This document shows positions 38,388 through 51,450 of a stretch of 64,000 nt of DNA, piece by piece. Numbering within the stretch: position 1 is the stretch's first letter; the number at the start of each line of letters is the position of its first letter. Position numbers and translations under genes: made by a program. Origin of the DNA: Acidobacteriota bacterium (lineage in GTDB: Bacteria; Acidobacteriota; UBA890; WLXD01); contig CAXWPH010000015.1 in assembly GCA_963666055.2 (NCBI GenBank), forward strand, positions 448,001-512,000, written 5' to 3'. The notes under the pieces are model-generated. The model saw only the letters and a program-made list of their open reading frames with translations. It did no database searches and was not told where the DNA came from.

Positions 38388-40538
38388 ATGTACCGAACTG
38401 AGTCTGTATCGCTGAAAACCCGTGGCCGGTGGATGCTGCTGCCGTCAATGGTGTGGGCGGTCTGCTCCGCTCAAGCTTCCGGCGCCGCCCAATCATCCGG
38501 CAGGCCACAGTCGCCCACCGTGGTCAACGACAGCGCCATGGTCGACGAGTCGCGGGGCGACAACTGGCTGGCGTTCGGGAGAACCTACAGCGAGCAGCGC
38601 TTCAGCCCCCTGACCCAGGTCAATACGTCCAACGTCGGTGACCTGTCGGTCGATTGGTATCTCGACCTGCCGAACGATCGGGGCCTGACTTCCACACCGC
38701 TCGTTGTCGACGGCATCCTGTACTTCATCGGCAGCATGAACGTCGTGCGCGCCGTCGACGGAACCAGCGGCGAGATGCTGTGGGAGTATGACCCGGACAT
38801 CGTCGGGCACGCGGCCCATCGCATGCGGGCCGGCTGGGACCACAGCCGGGGCATCGGGTTCTGGAAAGGCAAGGTCTACGTCGCCACCTGGGACGGGCGT
38901 CTCAACGCTGTCGACGCCGCCACCGGAGAGGAGCTGTGGAGCGTCATGACGGTCGACCCGGCCGTCCACTCTACATCACCGGCGCCCCCAAGATCTTCAA
39001 GGGCAAGGTGCTGATCGGTAACGGCGGCACCGAGAACGGCGCCGCCCGCGGCTACGTCACCGCTTACGATGCCGAGACCGGCGAGCAGGCCTGGCGCTTC
39101 TGGATCGTACCCGGCAACCCCGCCGACGGGTTCGAGAACGACGCCATGGCGATGGCCGCCGAGACCTGGACCGGCGAGTGGTGGAAGTTCGGCGGCGGCG
39201 GTAACGCCTGGCACGGTTTCACCTACGACGCCGAGCTAGACGTGCTGTACATCGGCACCGGCAACGGCTCACCGTGGAACCGGAAGATCCGCAGCCCCGG
39301 GGGCGGCGACAACCTGTTTCTGTGTTCCATTGTCGCCCTCGACCCGGATACCGGTGAGTACCTGTGGCACTACCAGACGACGCCCGGCGAGACGTGGGAC
39401 TACAACTCCAACATGGACATCGTCCTGGCCGACCTCGAGATCGACGGCCGCGACGTGAAAGCAATCCTGCACGCCCCAAAGAACGGTTTCTTCTACGTGA
39501 TCGACCGCGAGACCGGGAAGCTGATCTCGACCGAACCGTTCGCCGAGGTCACCTGGGCGACGGAGATCGATCTGGAGACCGGCCGACCCGTCGAGGTGTC
39601 GGGCGCGCGGTACGATGATCGACCGGCCCGGATCGCGCCGGGGCCGATCGGCGCCCACAACTGGCCTGCCATGTCCTACAACCCGTCCACCGGGTTGGCC
39701 TACATGCCGACAATCCACACGGCGACGATGTTCAGCGACGAGGGTATCGACCTCGAAGCCTGGGACTCACCGGTGGGAAGGCTCGGAGTGGGGGTCAGGT
39801 ACAACCTGGCAGGGTCCAGTAGGCCGGACGGCGTGCTCGGATCCCTGCAAGCGTGGGATCCGGTGCGCCAGGAACTGGCCTGGGAGGTTCCGCTAGGCGG
39901 CCTCTGGAATCCCGGAACGATGACCACCGCCGGCAACCTGGTGTTCCAGGGACGAGTCGACGGGTCGCTCGCGGCGCATGACGCCGCGAGCGGCTCCACG
40001 TTGTGGACCTTCGACGTGGGTTCAGGGATCTCCGCCCCGCCGATCACCTATGCGATCAACGGGCGCCAGTACGTCGCTCTGCTGGTCGGCTGGGGCGGTG
40101 TGATGGCGGCGGTGGGGGGGGGCCGAAGGAGCTTCGCATGGGTGGGCGTACGGCGCACACCCACGCCGTCTTGTGGCGTTTTCCCTCGACGGGGCGGTCA
40201 GCCTACCGACATCGCCGCCACCTGTGGTGCCGGTACCGATTGCAGCTGCCGACTTCGACGTCGACCCCACCCTGCTGCTGCGGGGCGGCACAGAATATTC
40301 TGGGCTGTGCGAACTCTGCCACGGAAGAGGCGCGATTGCCGCCGGTGTAACACCGGATCTCAGAGCCTCTCGCGTGGTGCTTTCCGACATCGCGTTCGCG
40401 ACCGTCGTCCGCGACGGCAGCCGCGTGGCACGCGGAATGCCAGCCTATCCCGAGCTCACCGAAAATCAACTACTGGCGATACGTCACTACATTCGCTACG
40501 TAGCCGAGCAGGGCAGCACCGGTGGGCGGCGTCCGTAG
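38388..40538 (+). pseudogene. Quinohemoprotein (type II PQQ) alcohol dehydrogenase with two frameshifts
   Basis: QRFSPLTQVN, GYVTAYD, YQTTPGETWDY, APKNGFFYV, C-terminal CELCH; frame changes at about 38957 and in G9 run 40114-40122. Confidence 0.85.
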
Positions 40539-40738
40539 AAGCTGACACTGGGGATCGAATCAGGCGCAGCGATTTCCACAAGAACCGCCGTAGTCTGAGC
40601 CTCACTTGCGGCAGGCGGGTTGGCCACTCGCTTTCATTCGCACCAGACGATCATGACCTTTCGGTCTCCGGCGTGCGAGGCCGGATGCCATGCACTCGCG
40701 AAATCACCCGGTACTGCTTGGGATTTCAGCGGAAACAC

Positions 40739-40816
40739 TGGCGGGGCCGACGGGATTTGAACCCGCGATCTCCGGCTTGACAGGCCGGCGTGTTAACCAA
40801 GCTACACCACGGCCCC
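40739..40816 (-). tRNA. trnD: tRNA-Asp(GTC)
   Basis: Full cloverleaf GGGGCCG/CGGCCCC, loop CTGTCAA, encoded CCA. Confidence 0.97.
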
Positions 40817-40859
40817 GCCCAAACAACGGTCTACCGCGCCGCCGCCGGCGGCGAAAAAA

Positions 40860-40935
40860 TGGTGGGCGGTACCGGACTCGAACCAGTGGCCCCCTGCTTG
40901 TAAGGCAGGTGCTCTCCCAGCTGAGCTAACCGCCC
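40860..40935 (-). tRNA. trnV: tRNA-Val(TAC)
   Basis: Full cloverleaf GGGCGGT/ACCGCCC, loop CTTACAA, encoded CCA. Confidence 0.97.
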
Positions 40936-41013
40936 ACACGGGCCGGATTCTAGCATAAGCGGGCAACGCCAATGCCCTGCCGCTCACCAGTTCCGGTAGC
41001 CACAGAGCACGCC

Positions 41014-41748
41014 TCAGCGGCGCAGCAGCACCTTCATCTCGCGCACCGCTCGGGCGAGGCCGACGAAGGTTGCGCGCGCCACGATGTTGTGCCCGATGTT
41101 GAGCTCGACGATCTGCGGTACTTGTACGATAGCGCCGACGTTCCGGTAAGTGAGCCCATGCCCGGCGGCAACCCGCAGACCGCCTTCACACGCATGCCTC
41201 GCAGTCGCTGCCGCCTTCTCGAGCGCGCGCAATGTAACAGCCTGGTCCCGCCCTTCGCTGGACTCGGCATAAGCGGCCGTGTTGATCTCGATCTGCTGCA
41301 CACCGAGCTCGCCGACCGCGTCAACCTGGCGCTGGTCCGGGTCGATGAAGATGGCGACGTCGATGTCCGCCTCTTGCAGCGTCCGTATCGTATCGCGTAG
41401 CCGCGCTGGATCGGTGGCAACGTCGAGGCCGCCCTCGGTGGTGATCTCGTCGTCACGCTCCGGCACCAGCGACACATTGTGAGGTCGATACCGTAGAGCG
41501 AGCTCGAGCATCTCGTCGGTACACGCCATCTCGACATTCAGGTAAGTCTTGACGGTGGCGGCAAGCAACTCTACGTCGCGGTCGTTGATGTGACGCCGGT
41601 CGGTACGAAGATGCACTGTGATGCTGTCGGCTCCGCCCAACTCGGCCAGCGTAGCCGCCTGGACGGGATCGGGCTCCGGGGCGCGGCGCGCCTGCCGAAC
41701 GGTGGCAATGTGGTCGATGTTGACGCCCAGGAACATCGGATCTGCCAT
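41014..41748 (-). CDS. pdxJ: Pyridoxine 5'-phosphate synthase
   Basis: LGVNIDHIATVRQAR, HLRTDRRHI, TTEGGLD, AGHGL, ELNIGH. Confidence 0.97.
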   Translation of the reverse strand: MADPMFLGVNIDHIATVRQARRAPEPDPVQAATLAELGGADSITVHLRTDRRHINDRDVELLAATVKTYLNVEMACTDEMLELALRYRPHNVSLVPERDDEITTEGGLDVATDPARLRDTIRTLQEADIDVAIFIDPDQRQVDAVGELGVQQIEINTAAYAESSEGRDQAVTLRALEKAAATARHACEGGLRVAAGHGLTYRNVGAIVQVPQIVELNIGHNIVARATFVGLARAVREMKVLLRR

Positions 41749-41799
41749 GGGAGCACTACCTCATCGAGGCGGGTGGGGCGCTGCGGCGGCCCGGCGGAC

Positions 41800-43173
41800 T
41801 CAGGCCGACGCTTCGAGTGCGCTCACGATATCACTGGCCAGGTTGGCGATCTGGCCGGCATCCTCGCCCTCGACCATCACGCGGGCCATCGGCTGCGTGC
41901 CCGAATAGCGCACCAAGACCCTGCCGCGATCGCCGAGGCTGGATTCGGCATCGCGGATCGCCGCCTGCACATCGGGTAGCTCGTCGATCGGGCGGCGCTC
42001 GGCCACGTCGACGTTCCTCAGCACCTGCGGAAGCGGCTGCATGGATGCGGCGAGCTCACCCAACGGCCGGCCGGTCTCGCGCATGACGCGCAGCACCTGC
42101 AGCGCCGTAATCAGCCCGTCGCCAGTGCTATTGAAGTCGAGAAACACGGTGTGCCCGGACTGCTCACCACCGATGCAGTAGCCGCCGTCGCGCATTTCTG
42201 CTACGACGTGGCGATCGCCAACGTCCGTCCGCTTTACCTTCACGTCGATCTCGCGCAACGCCAGATCGAGGCCGAGGTTGCTCATGACTGTGGCCACCAC
42301 CGTATCGTGGCGAAGCTCGCCCTTTTGCTTCCAAGCGCGCGCACAGATCGTCAGTATGTGATCTCCGTCGACCAAGTTGCCGTCGCTGTCGACCAGCACG
42401 CACCGATCGGCGTCGCCGTCAAGACAAATGCCGACATCGGCCGCACCCTCGCGCACCCGTGCGATGGCCGCCTCGACGTGCATCGAGCCCACCCCGTCGT
42501 TGATGTTCGTGCCGCTCGGCGCGGTGCCGAGAGCAATCACGTCGGCGCCAAGCTCCACCATCACGTCCGGGCCGACCCGATAGGCAGCTCCATGTGCCGC
42601 ATCCACGACGACGCGCATGCCGTCCAGTGTGAAACCGCGCGGCAACGTTCCCTTGAGGAACTCCAGATAGCGACCCGCCACGTCGTCGACGCGGAACGCC
42701 TTGCCGACCGCGTCTGCCGTGGGACGAACATCGTCTATGCGGCCGGTAAACGTGAGCTCCTCGATCTCCTCCTCGAGCTCGTCGGGTAGCTTGAACCCGT
42801 CTCGATTGAAGAACTTGATACCGTTCTCCATGTACGGATTGTGCGACGCCGAAATCACGATGCCGGCATCGGCGCGCAGTGCCCGGGTGGCGAAGGCGAT
42901 CCCGGGCGTCGGTAGCGGTCCCACAAGAATGGCGTCCACACCCATCGAGCAGATACCGGCCACCAGCGCGCTCTCGAGCATGTAGCCCGACAGCCGTGTG
43001 TCCTTGCCGATGAGGATGCGGTGGCGGTGGGTGCCGCCACGGAACACATGTGCCGCGGAGCGGCCCAGTCGGACGGCTGTCTCCACCGTCATCGGCTCGA
43101 TGTTGGCCACGCCGCGTATGCCATCGGTACCGAACAGCCGTGCGCCCATGGTCCGTTTGCCGAATTCCGTCAT
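41800..43173 (-). CDS. glmM: Phosphoglucosamine mutase
   Basis: [33 protein letters not shown]. Confidence 0.97.
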   Translation of the reverse strand: MTEFGKRTMGARLFGTDGIRGVANIEPMTVETAVRLGRSAAHVFRGGTHRHRILIGKDTRLSGYMLESALVAGICSMGVDAILVGPLPTPGIAFATRALRADAGIVISASHNPYMENGIKFFNRDGFKLPDELEEEIEELTFTGRIDDVRPTADAVGKAFRVDDVAGRYLEFLKGTLPRGFTLDGMRVVVDAAHGAAYRVGPDVMVELGADVIALGTAPSGTNINDGVGSMHVEAAIARVREGAADVGICLDGDADRCVLVDSDGNLVDGDHILTICARAWKQKGELRHDTVVATVMSNLGLDLALREIDVKVKRTDVGDRHVVAEMRDGGYCIGGEQSGHTVFLDFNSTGDGLITALQVLRVMRETGRPLGELAASMQPLPQVLRNVDVAERRPIDELPDVQAAIRDAESSLGDRGRVLVRYSGTQPMARVMVEGEDAGQIANLASDIVSALEASA

Positions 43174-44144
43174 GGCGATCCCGCCGGTTGATCGTAGACG
43201 TGGACGTCTATGCGGCTCTGAGGTGTAATCGCCATGATCTCGATACGGTCCGACAGCGAGGCGTCGACGAACTCGATGTGTGGTGCTATCTGATAGTCCT
43301 CTGGCCGCGGCGCGAGATCGCTGGCGTCCAGACGGGCAATGATGTCGTCGGGACCAAGACCATCTAGTACCGACGGCGGGCCACGCAACACAACCCCGAT
43401 CTCCCCGGGATTCACCACGACGCGGTACTCCTCTGTGACGATCTGTACCACGATGCCATCTAGCTGCCGAGGCACCGCCGACTCATTAATGACGATCGTC
43501 ATGATCACACTATCGCCCTCATCGACAGTGACCAACGGGTCATCGGTCAGCACCGCCACCTCTCGGGTGATTGGCTCGCGACGGCCGGCAACGTTGACGG
43601 TCTCGGTGGACACGCTGGTGAGCTCGGCAACCCGCGAGCTCGGCCCGGTCACCGCAACCATCGTCGGCTCGACGATCTTGTCACTGATCTCAAAGCCCGC
43701 CGACGGACTGCCCTCCACCACGGCGTTCACGGGCAGCTCGACGCGTACCTTTTCGTCCAGCTGAATTCTGAGCCGCGCGGGTTCGATGCGATCTACCGAC
43801 ACACCGAAAGGACGGGCGATATCATCGGCTGACAGCGTGATCACATTGTCGCCGACAACGGCGCCGAACATGTCGATGCGCGGCGACAGCTGTCCTGGGG
43901 TGAGATCACGGGTGCGCGCTGGCATGCCGCGCACCGTCACCTCGACGGTGAGCAACGCGGAATCGAGCAGCGCCAGGTCGGAAGGGATGTTCTGCAGCTG
44001 AACCGGCACGCCGCTGACGATATGCAGCACATCCGCATCGGGGACGACGCTCCACAAGCCCAGCGCCATCGCCAGCGAGATCAGCTTCAGTGGAAGGTTG
44101 TCGAACGGTCGGAGGTTTGCCCAGGCGGCACTAATGGGGTTCAT
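43170..44144 (-). CDS. cdaR: CdaR/YbbR-like regulator
   Basis: N-terminal TM, YbbR-like repeats, position between cdaA and glmM. Confidence 0.85.
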   Translation of the reverse strand: MNPISAAWANLRPFDNLPLKLISLAMALGLWSVVPDADVLHIVSGVPVQLQNIPSDLALLDSALLTVEVTVRGMPARTRDLTPGQLSPRIDMFGAVVGDNVITLSADDIARPFGVSVDRIEPARLRIQLDEKVRVELPVNAVVEGSPSAGFEISDKIVEPTMVAVTGPSSRVAELTSVSTETVNVAGRREPITREVAVLTDDPLVTVDEGDSVIMTIVINESAVPRQLDGIVVQIVTEEYRVVVNPGEIGVVLRGPPSVLDGLGPDDIIARLDASDLAPRPEDYQIAPHIEFVDASLSDRIEIMAITPQSRIDVHVYDQPAGSP

Positions 44145-44986
44145 TCGTGTACCGCCTGCGGCGCCGCATCGTGTCCCACTTGATGCTCGGTCGATTCGGC
44201 CGCTTCCTCGACCTCGAGCTCGGCGCCCGTGGCCTCCTCCACTACCAGCAGCTGGCGCAGTCGGCGGCTCAGCGACGCCGCGTCGAGGCGCCGAGTTATC
44301 TTGCCGCTGACCGCGAGCGAGAGGCTGCCAGACTCTTCTGAAACGACCACCGCGACCGCATCGGTCTCCTCGGAGATGCCGATTGCGGCGCGATGACGCG
44401 AGCCCAGGCCGCGCGACAATCGCGGATTGGAGGTCAGCGGCAAGAAGCACGATGCGGCGGCGGCTCGGTCCCCGCGCACGATTACTGCACCGTCGTGCAA
44501 CGACGTCGCCGGGTGGAAAATCGAAAACAAGAGGTCGAAGGAGATCTTGGCGTCTAACGTGATGCCCTGATCGATGTAGTTCTGCAGCCCGACAGCGCGC
44601 TCGAAAACGATAATCGCCCCGCGGCGCTCAGCTGCCATCGCGGTGGCCGCACTGACGATATCGTCGAACGGCTCTGTCGGAATCGCCGTGGTCAGCCCAC
44701 GCAGCGCCGCAGTGCGGCCGAGATGCGCCAGTCCGCGGCGCAGTTCCGACTGAAAGAGCACGATCACGGCGAGCACGATGTATGTAAATACGTTCGACAG
44801 CAGCCACACGACGGTGCTCAACTGCAGCAGGTTGGCCAGCGTATAAGCGACGAACACCAGCACCAAGCCCACCACCACGCGGACGGCTCTCGTGCCCTGG
44901 ATCAGGATCAGAATCCGGTAGAGCACGTACGCCACCAACAGCACGTCGACGACGTGGCGTAACTCGAACTGGCTCAGGAAATCCAT
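44141..44986 (-). CDS. cdaA: Diadenylate cyclase
   Basis: 3 TM helices, LHDGAV and GSRHRAA catalytic motifs. Confidence 0.95.
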   Translation of the reverse strand: MDFLSQFELRHVVDVLLVAYVLYRILILIQGTRAVRVVVGLVLVFVAYTLANLLQLSTVVWLLSNVFTYIVLAVIVLFQSELRRGLAHLGRTAALRGLTTAIPTEPFDDIVSAATAMAAERRGAIIVFERAVGLQNYIDQGITLDAKISFDLLFSIFHPATSLHDGAVIVRGDRAAAASCFLPLTSNPRLSRGLGSRHRAAIGISEETDAVAVVVSEESGSLSLAVSGKITRRLDAASLSRRLRQLLVVEEATGAELEVEEAAESTEHQVGHDAAPQAVHE

Positions 44987-46208
44987 CCCGCGCCCTCTGA
45001 CCGGATAGCCGCTGCGACTGCGACGACTCGGCGCATCGCGCCGACGTCGTGAACCCTGAGAATGTGGGCTCCGTAAAGCACCGCCGCCGCTACCGCCGCA
45101 GCGGTGCCTTCCAGACGCTCTTCCGTAGGCAAATCTAACACGGCGCCAACGAAGGATTTTCGCGACGGGCCAACCAGTAACGGGCGCCCAAGGGAGCGTA
45201 GAGCAGCTGTGTGGCGCAGAATCGTGAGGCTATGCTCAGCACGCTTGGCGAACCCGATTCCCGGATCCAGGACGATCGCGTCATCAGGCACTCCGGCGCT
45301 GTGGGCGCGCGCCAGCGCCTCGCGTAACTCGCGTGCCACCTCGGCGACCACGTCCTGATAGTCGGCATGCTCAACCATGTTGCCCGGCTCGCCGCGCGTG
45401 TGCATGAGCACCACAGGTACATCAGCCTCCGCAACGACGGCACCGAGCTCCGGGTCGTGGCGCAGACCGCTGACATCGTTCACGAGGCTCGCGCCGGCCT
45501 GCAGCGCCGCGCGAGCCACCGCGCCACGGCGGGTGTCGACCGAGATCGGAACCTCCACCTTGCGAGCCAGTGCCTCGACCACCGGCACGACGCGTTCGAT
45601 CTCTTCGGCGGCGTCGACAGGCTCGCTTCCGGGGCGTGTCGATTCGCCGCCCACGTCGATGACGTCAGCGCCCTCGTCGACCATTTGCAACCCCTGGTCG
45701 ACAGCACTCGCTCCCTGTCGCCGACTGCTTGCAAAAAATGAGTCCGGGGTGCAGTTGACGATCCCCATCACGAGCGGCTTCGGACCGCACTGGAGCGTCC
45801 AGGCTCCGCAGCGCAGAGTGAAGTCGCGGCGGTGATAGGCGCGCAGCACGCCGGCGATCTCCTCGGCGACTCGCAGTAGGGGCGACGGGGCAGCGAGCAG
45901 CTGACTACGAAGCGCCTCGACCTGTTGCATCCCGAGGGCAATGTGGACGACGCCCGGGGCGCGATCTGCTGGCTGGCAGCGTCCGCCGACCAGACCAACG
46001 GCGCGTTGAAACGGTTCGAGTAGCGCGTCTTCTACACCTTCGAGCCGGATTAGGTAGCTGCCCAACTCCAGGCCGAGCCGGTCGGATTCCGGGCTGCCGG
46101 CGGGCACCTCGGGAAACGGGTCAAAGCCTTTCAGTACGACGGCGTTGTGTGGCGATGACCGGCTGCCAGCGCTCCGCGGCCGGGCAGATACGGCCCCGGC
46201 CGAGGGAA

Positions 46209-46212
<4 letters not shown>
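44974..46212 (-). CDS. folP: Dihydropteroate synthase with N-terminal extension
   Basis: [39 protein letters not shown]. Confidence 0.95.
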
Positions 46213-48134
<1,922 letters not shown>

Positions 48135-48190
48135 GATGCCTTCAGAGTACACCACCACGAACGAGCCGAGCTAGCTTGTTCGAACACGTC

Positions 48191-49222
48191 TCAGCAGCCG
48201 TTCGGGGCGGCCAAACGGCGGTTCTGCAGCGGCATCAGACGTAGTCGGCCTGCCTCGACGCGGGCCCGTACACCGGGCAGATCACGAGCCGATTCGACGC
48301 CGGTGAGCAACCGCTCGACGATCGCCTCCACATGCGCCCGATGCAGGCCGCGCAGCCCACCCCGCACTTCCGAGAGCGCGCGCCTCAGCACCCGCGTGGC
48401 CAACGCACGCGGCAGGCCATGCAGAACCTCCACATCGAGCGCCGTGGCCCCGGGGTAGACATCGTCGCGGCGCGCTCGCGCCAGCGCCTCATCCACCAAG
48501 CCATCGAGCCACTCGTTGTCCTGATCGAGCAACTCTGCCGCTCGTCCAATGCGTTCCACGGCGCCTGGCACGGCTTGTTCAAGCGCTGGCAGCACGAGGC
48601 TACGGACGCGGTTCCGGGTGAAGCGAAAATCACTGTTCGACCGGTCCTCGCGCCACGGCACCCCGCGCCCCTGCAGATACTGGCGCAGCGCCTCTCGGCG
48701 CACCCCGAGCATCGGCCTGAGAAGCAATAGCCCGCCGACGTGGTTGCGCCAACGCATGCCCGCCAGCCCGCGCAGTCCGGTCCCACGGGCCAGATTCATG
48801 AGGACCGTCTCGACGCGTTCATCGAGCGTGTGGCCCAAGGCCACAGCATCGGCGCCGATTCGTCCGACTACCTCAGTCAAGAAGCGATGCCGAGCATCAC
48901 GCAGCCGTTCCTCCAGTCCGCCGCCAGCGGCATCCGGATCGTCGAGACGGCCAGTCTCGTAGGCCACGTCGCACCGCTGGGCGAGGTCCCGCACGTGACG
49001 TTCGTCCGCCTCGGAGTCGGCGCCTCGCAAGCCGTGGTTCAGGTGAGCCAGGGCAACCGTGAGGTCGAATCGAGGCGCGAGCTCGACCATCAGGTCGGCG
49101 AGCGCCACGGAGTCGCCACCGCCACTACACGCCACCACCAGGTGGCGAATTCCCCGCAGCAGACCACGGCGCTCGATCGCGTCGATGACCGCATCGAGCA
49201 CGGCTGTCTCAGGCTCTGACAT
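48191..49222 (-). CDS. tilS: tRNA(Ile)-lysidine synthetase (short form)
   Basis: SGGGDS PP-loop, HLNHGLR, GHTLDE..ET, RNRVR. Confidence 0.93.
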   Translation of the reverse strand: MSEPETAVLDAVIDAIERRGLLRGIRHLVVACSGGGDSVALADLMVELAPRFDLTVALAHLNHGLRGADSEADERHVRDLAQRCDVAYETGRLDDPDAAGGGLEERLRDARHRFLTEVVGRIGADAVALGHTLDERVETVLMNLARGTGLRGLAGMRWRNHVGGLLLLRPMLGVRREALRQYLQGRGVPWREDRSNSDFRFTRNRVRSLVLPALEQAVPGAVERIGRAAELLDQDNEWLDGLVDEALARARRDDVYPGATALDVEVLHGLPRALATRVLRRALSEVRGGLRGLHRAHVEAIVERLLTGVESARDLPGVRARVEAGRLRLMPLQNRRLAAPNGC

Positions 49223-49317
49223 GATTCGACTCGTTCGGGGTCTCGTCGAGGCGCCTGGCGACTCGTATCGCAACGCTCAGAAGAACGCCAGCCGCAGGCG
49301 CTGCGCGCTCCAAAAAG

Positions 49318-49390
49318 TGGCGGTGGAGGGACTTGAACCCCCGACTCGGCGGATATGAGCCGCCTGCTCTGCCGACTGAGCTACACCGCC
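49318..49390 (-). tRNA. trnM: tRNA with CAT anticodon, probably elongator Met; CCA not encoded
   Basis: GGCGGTG/CACCGCC acceptor, loop CTCATAT, GGGGG-TTCAAGT-CCCTC. Confidence 0.9.
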
Positions 49391-49721
49391 AGGCTTGGCA
49401 CGCAGTGTGCGTGACTGAACCGGACGCCGGCCGCCAGGGGCCCTGCCGCGGCGGGCCCTGTCGGCGTTCGATGGTAGGTGCAGTACCGCGCCATGTCAAA
49501 GCGCATCCGGGACGGACTGACGCTGCCGCGGCGGCCGCACGGGCCGCGGCTGAATGGTCCCGGCCGTGCTTGTCCAGCGGGCCGTTTTTTAGGTTTGCTC
49601 AGGCTTTCTCCGGCCTGCCAAACTCACCGAAGTCACACTCCGATATCGGCCAAAGCCGGACCCCGCCACGGCACTTCGAGTTGCGGCGAGGTACTTGGCT
49701 CGACACCTGGGAGTTTCCGAG

Positions 49722-50246
49722 ATGCGCAAGAATACGCCGACGATCTGCACGATCGGCCTGCTCGCCCTTGTTGGGCTTGGGTGCACCGAACACCAAGGAC
49801 AGATTGGTGTCTTCCTGACGGGCTTAACCACCGGAACCACCTTCACGACCACCGCGCAACAGGTAACCGTAGAGGTTATCGGCGTCGACGTGCTCGACAG
49901 CGACTCGGGCGCCTTCGTCACCCTGTCAGCCGGGAGCCAGCTATACGAGATTCTCGGCCTCGCCGGAAACGAGCAGCTCCTGGCGCTAGCCAACCAGCTC
50001 GACGAGGGCACCTACCATCAGATCCGGGTGCGTTTCTCCGAGGCCAACAGCAGGGTGATCAACGCCGTCGGTCGGAGCGAAAAGCTGAAGATCGATCCCG
50101 AGTCGGTCACTGTGTCGATCCCCTTCAGCGTGCAGACTGACGGCAGCACCCGCGTCATCATCGCGATGGACGTAGGTCGGAGCCTATCGCGAAAGGCCAA
50201 CGGCACGTGGATGCTGCGACCCGTGTTGCGTCCCGCAATCGAGTAG
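49722..50246 (+). CDS. DUF4382-like lipoprotein
   Basis: Lipobox GLGC; GTYHQIRV, D..RS, LRPV C-terminal motif. Confidence 0.7.
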   Translation: MRKNTPTICTIGLLALVGLGCTEHQGQIGVFLTGLTTGTTFTTTAQQVTVEVIGVDVLDSDSGAFVTLSAGSQLYEILGLAGNEQLLALANQLDEGTYHQIRVRFSEANSRVINAVGRSEKLKIDPESVTVSIPFSVQTDGSTRVIIAMDVGRSLSRKANGTWMLRPVLRPAIE

Positions 50247-50329
50247 CACGACGCATCGCCCTAACCAGGTCCGCCACACTTCCACCACGGCCTGCTAGCC
50301 GAAGCCGGCGCCTGCTTCCTGGTCCGCGT

Positions 50330-50592
50330 CGTGTGATCGCGATGGCCGTCGTGCACAGGTAGTACGCCATGGTCTTGCCGCCGATTCGTCCGAGCTTCTT
50401 CAGATCACCGACGGTAGCGGTACCAACCAGCAGCGAGGAAAACACCAACGGCACCACGACTAGCCGTATCAAGCGCAGGAACAGATCGCCGATCGGTCTG
50501 AGCATCATGGCGCCCTCGGCAAACACCGCGCCGACCAAAATGCCGACGAGCATGCCGATAGCGATCTGTGTAGGCAGCGAGAGCCGTCTCAT
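50330..50592 (-). pseudogene. Dicarboxylate/amino acid:cation symporter, N-terminal fragment
   Basis: GDLFLRLIRLVVVPLVFSSL, LGRIGGKTMAYY; similarity ends after about 88 aa. Confidence 0.8.
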
Positions 50593-50658
50593 TTGCCTGT
50601 CCAGTCCGTCAAGGGCTGCGCCAGCCTAACCGGAACGAGGCGCAGCTGATCGGCACCG

Positions 50659-50693
50659 AAAAAAGCTCCGGGAGACCGGCGGTCGCCCGGAGC
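50659..50693 (-). terminator. Rho-independent terminator after carD
   Basis: GCTCCGGG.GACC stem followed by T6 on the minus strand. Confidence 0.8.
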
Positions 50694-50717
50694 GAGACGC
50701 GCGCCTGCCAGGCGGAC

Positions 50718-51266
50718 TCAGGAAGCCTTGGCGCGATCGCGATCGCCGGACTGCTTGCGCGCCTCGATGCAATCATCGAGGGCTGCCTCGACGTCCGGTT
50801 GCACGATCTCCTCTGAACGCCCTTGCACCATAGCGATCTCGGAGATGATCAGATGCTTGGCCTGGTCGTACATGCGCTTCTCGCGATAGGAGAGCGCCTT
50901 GCGCTGCGTCAGGTGCTGGAGGTTTTTGAGAACGTCCGCCATCTCGAAAAGATGACCCGAACGCATTTTCTCGGCGTTCTCCTTGTACCGACCCTTCCAG
51001 TTGCTATGGGTCTCGAAGTCGGGGTCGCGCAGATGCTTGAACAGCCTTCTGATCTGCGTCTTGCCAAAGATCTTGCGTAGCCCGACCGCCTTGGAGTTGC
51101 CGACCGGCACCATCACCGTGGTTTCGTTGGCGAAGAGCCGGAGATGATAGAAGTCTTGATCGAGCCCGGCGATTTGGGTCCGTTTGACGTCCTCGATAAT
51201 CCCCACGCCATGGTTCGGATAGACGACATAGTCGCCGACTTCAAAGCGCAAAGGGCTCTCCTGCAT
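50718..51266 (-). CDS. carD: CarD family transcriptional regulator
   Basis: FEVGDYVVYPNHGVG, VMVPV, VGLR, NWKGRY, LSYREKRM. Confidence 0.92.
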   Translation of the reverse strand: MQESPLRFEVGDYVVYPNHGVGIIEDVKRTQIAGLDQDFYHLRLFANETTVMVPVGNSKAVGLRKIFGKTQIRRLFKHLRDPDFETHSNWKGRYKENAEKMRSGHLFEMADVLKNLQHLTQRKALSYREKRMYDQAKHLIISEIAMVQGRSEEIVQPDVEAALDDCIEARKQSGDRDRAKAS

Positions 51267-51307
51267 GTTTGCTGCGTAGGTTGCTGCGGAGCGGGCGGGG
51301 AATTCAC

Positions 51308-51336
51308 ATTCTATCCGAAAATGAGGCAAAACTCAA
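51308..51336 (-). promoter_or_regulatory. sigma70-type promoter of carD
   Basis: TTGAGT-17 bp-TAGAAT on the minus strand. Confidence 0.6.
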
Positions 51337-51417
51337 GACGCCGAGCGGCCCGCAGAGCCCTTTGCTGCGGGCGATTTCTGGATCCGGCGGCGCAGAACAA
51401 CGCCGCGCGGCATCCGG

Positions 51418-51445
51418 TTGACAAGCGCGGCCACGCGGCCATAAT
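51418..51445 (+). promoter_or_regulatory. sigma70-type promoter of the putative ncRNA
   Basis: TTGACA-16 bp-CATAAT. Confidence 0.65.
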
Positions 51446-51450
51446 CAGGG

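Larger units (their letters stand above)
27780..40789. mobile_element. Genomic island integrated at the 3' half of tRNA-Asp
   Basis: Identical 51-bp repeat at 27780-27830 and 40739-40789; cargo genes, tRNA fragments and pseudogenes in between; no integrase recognised. Confidence 0.85.
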
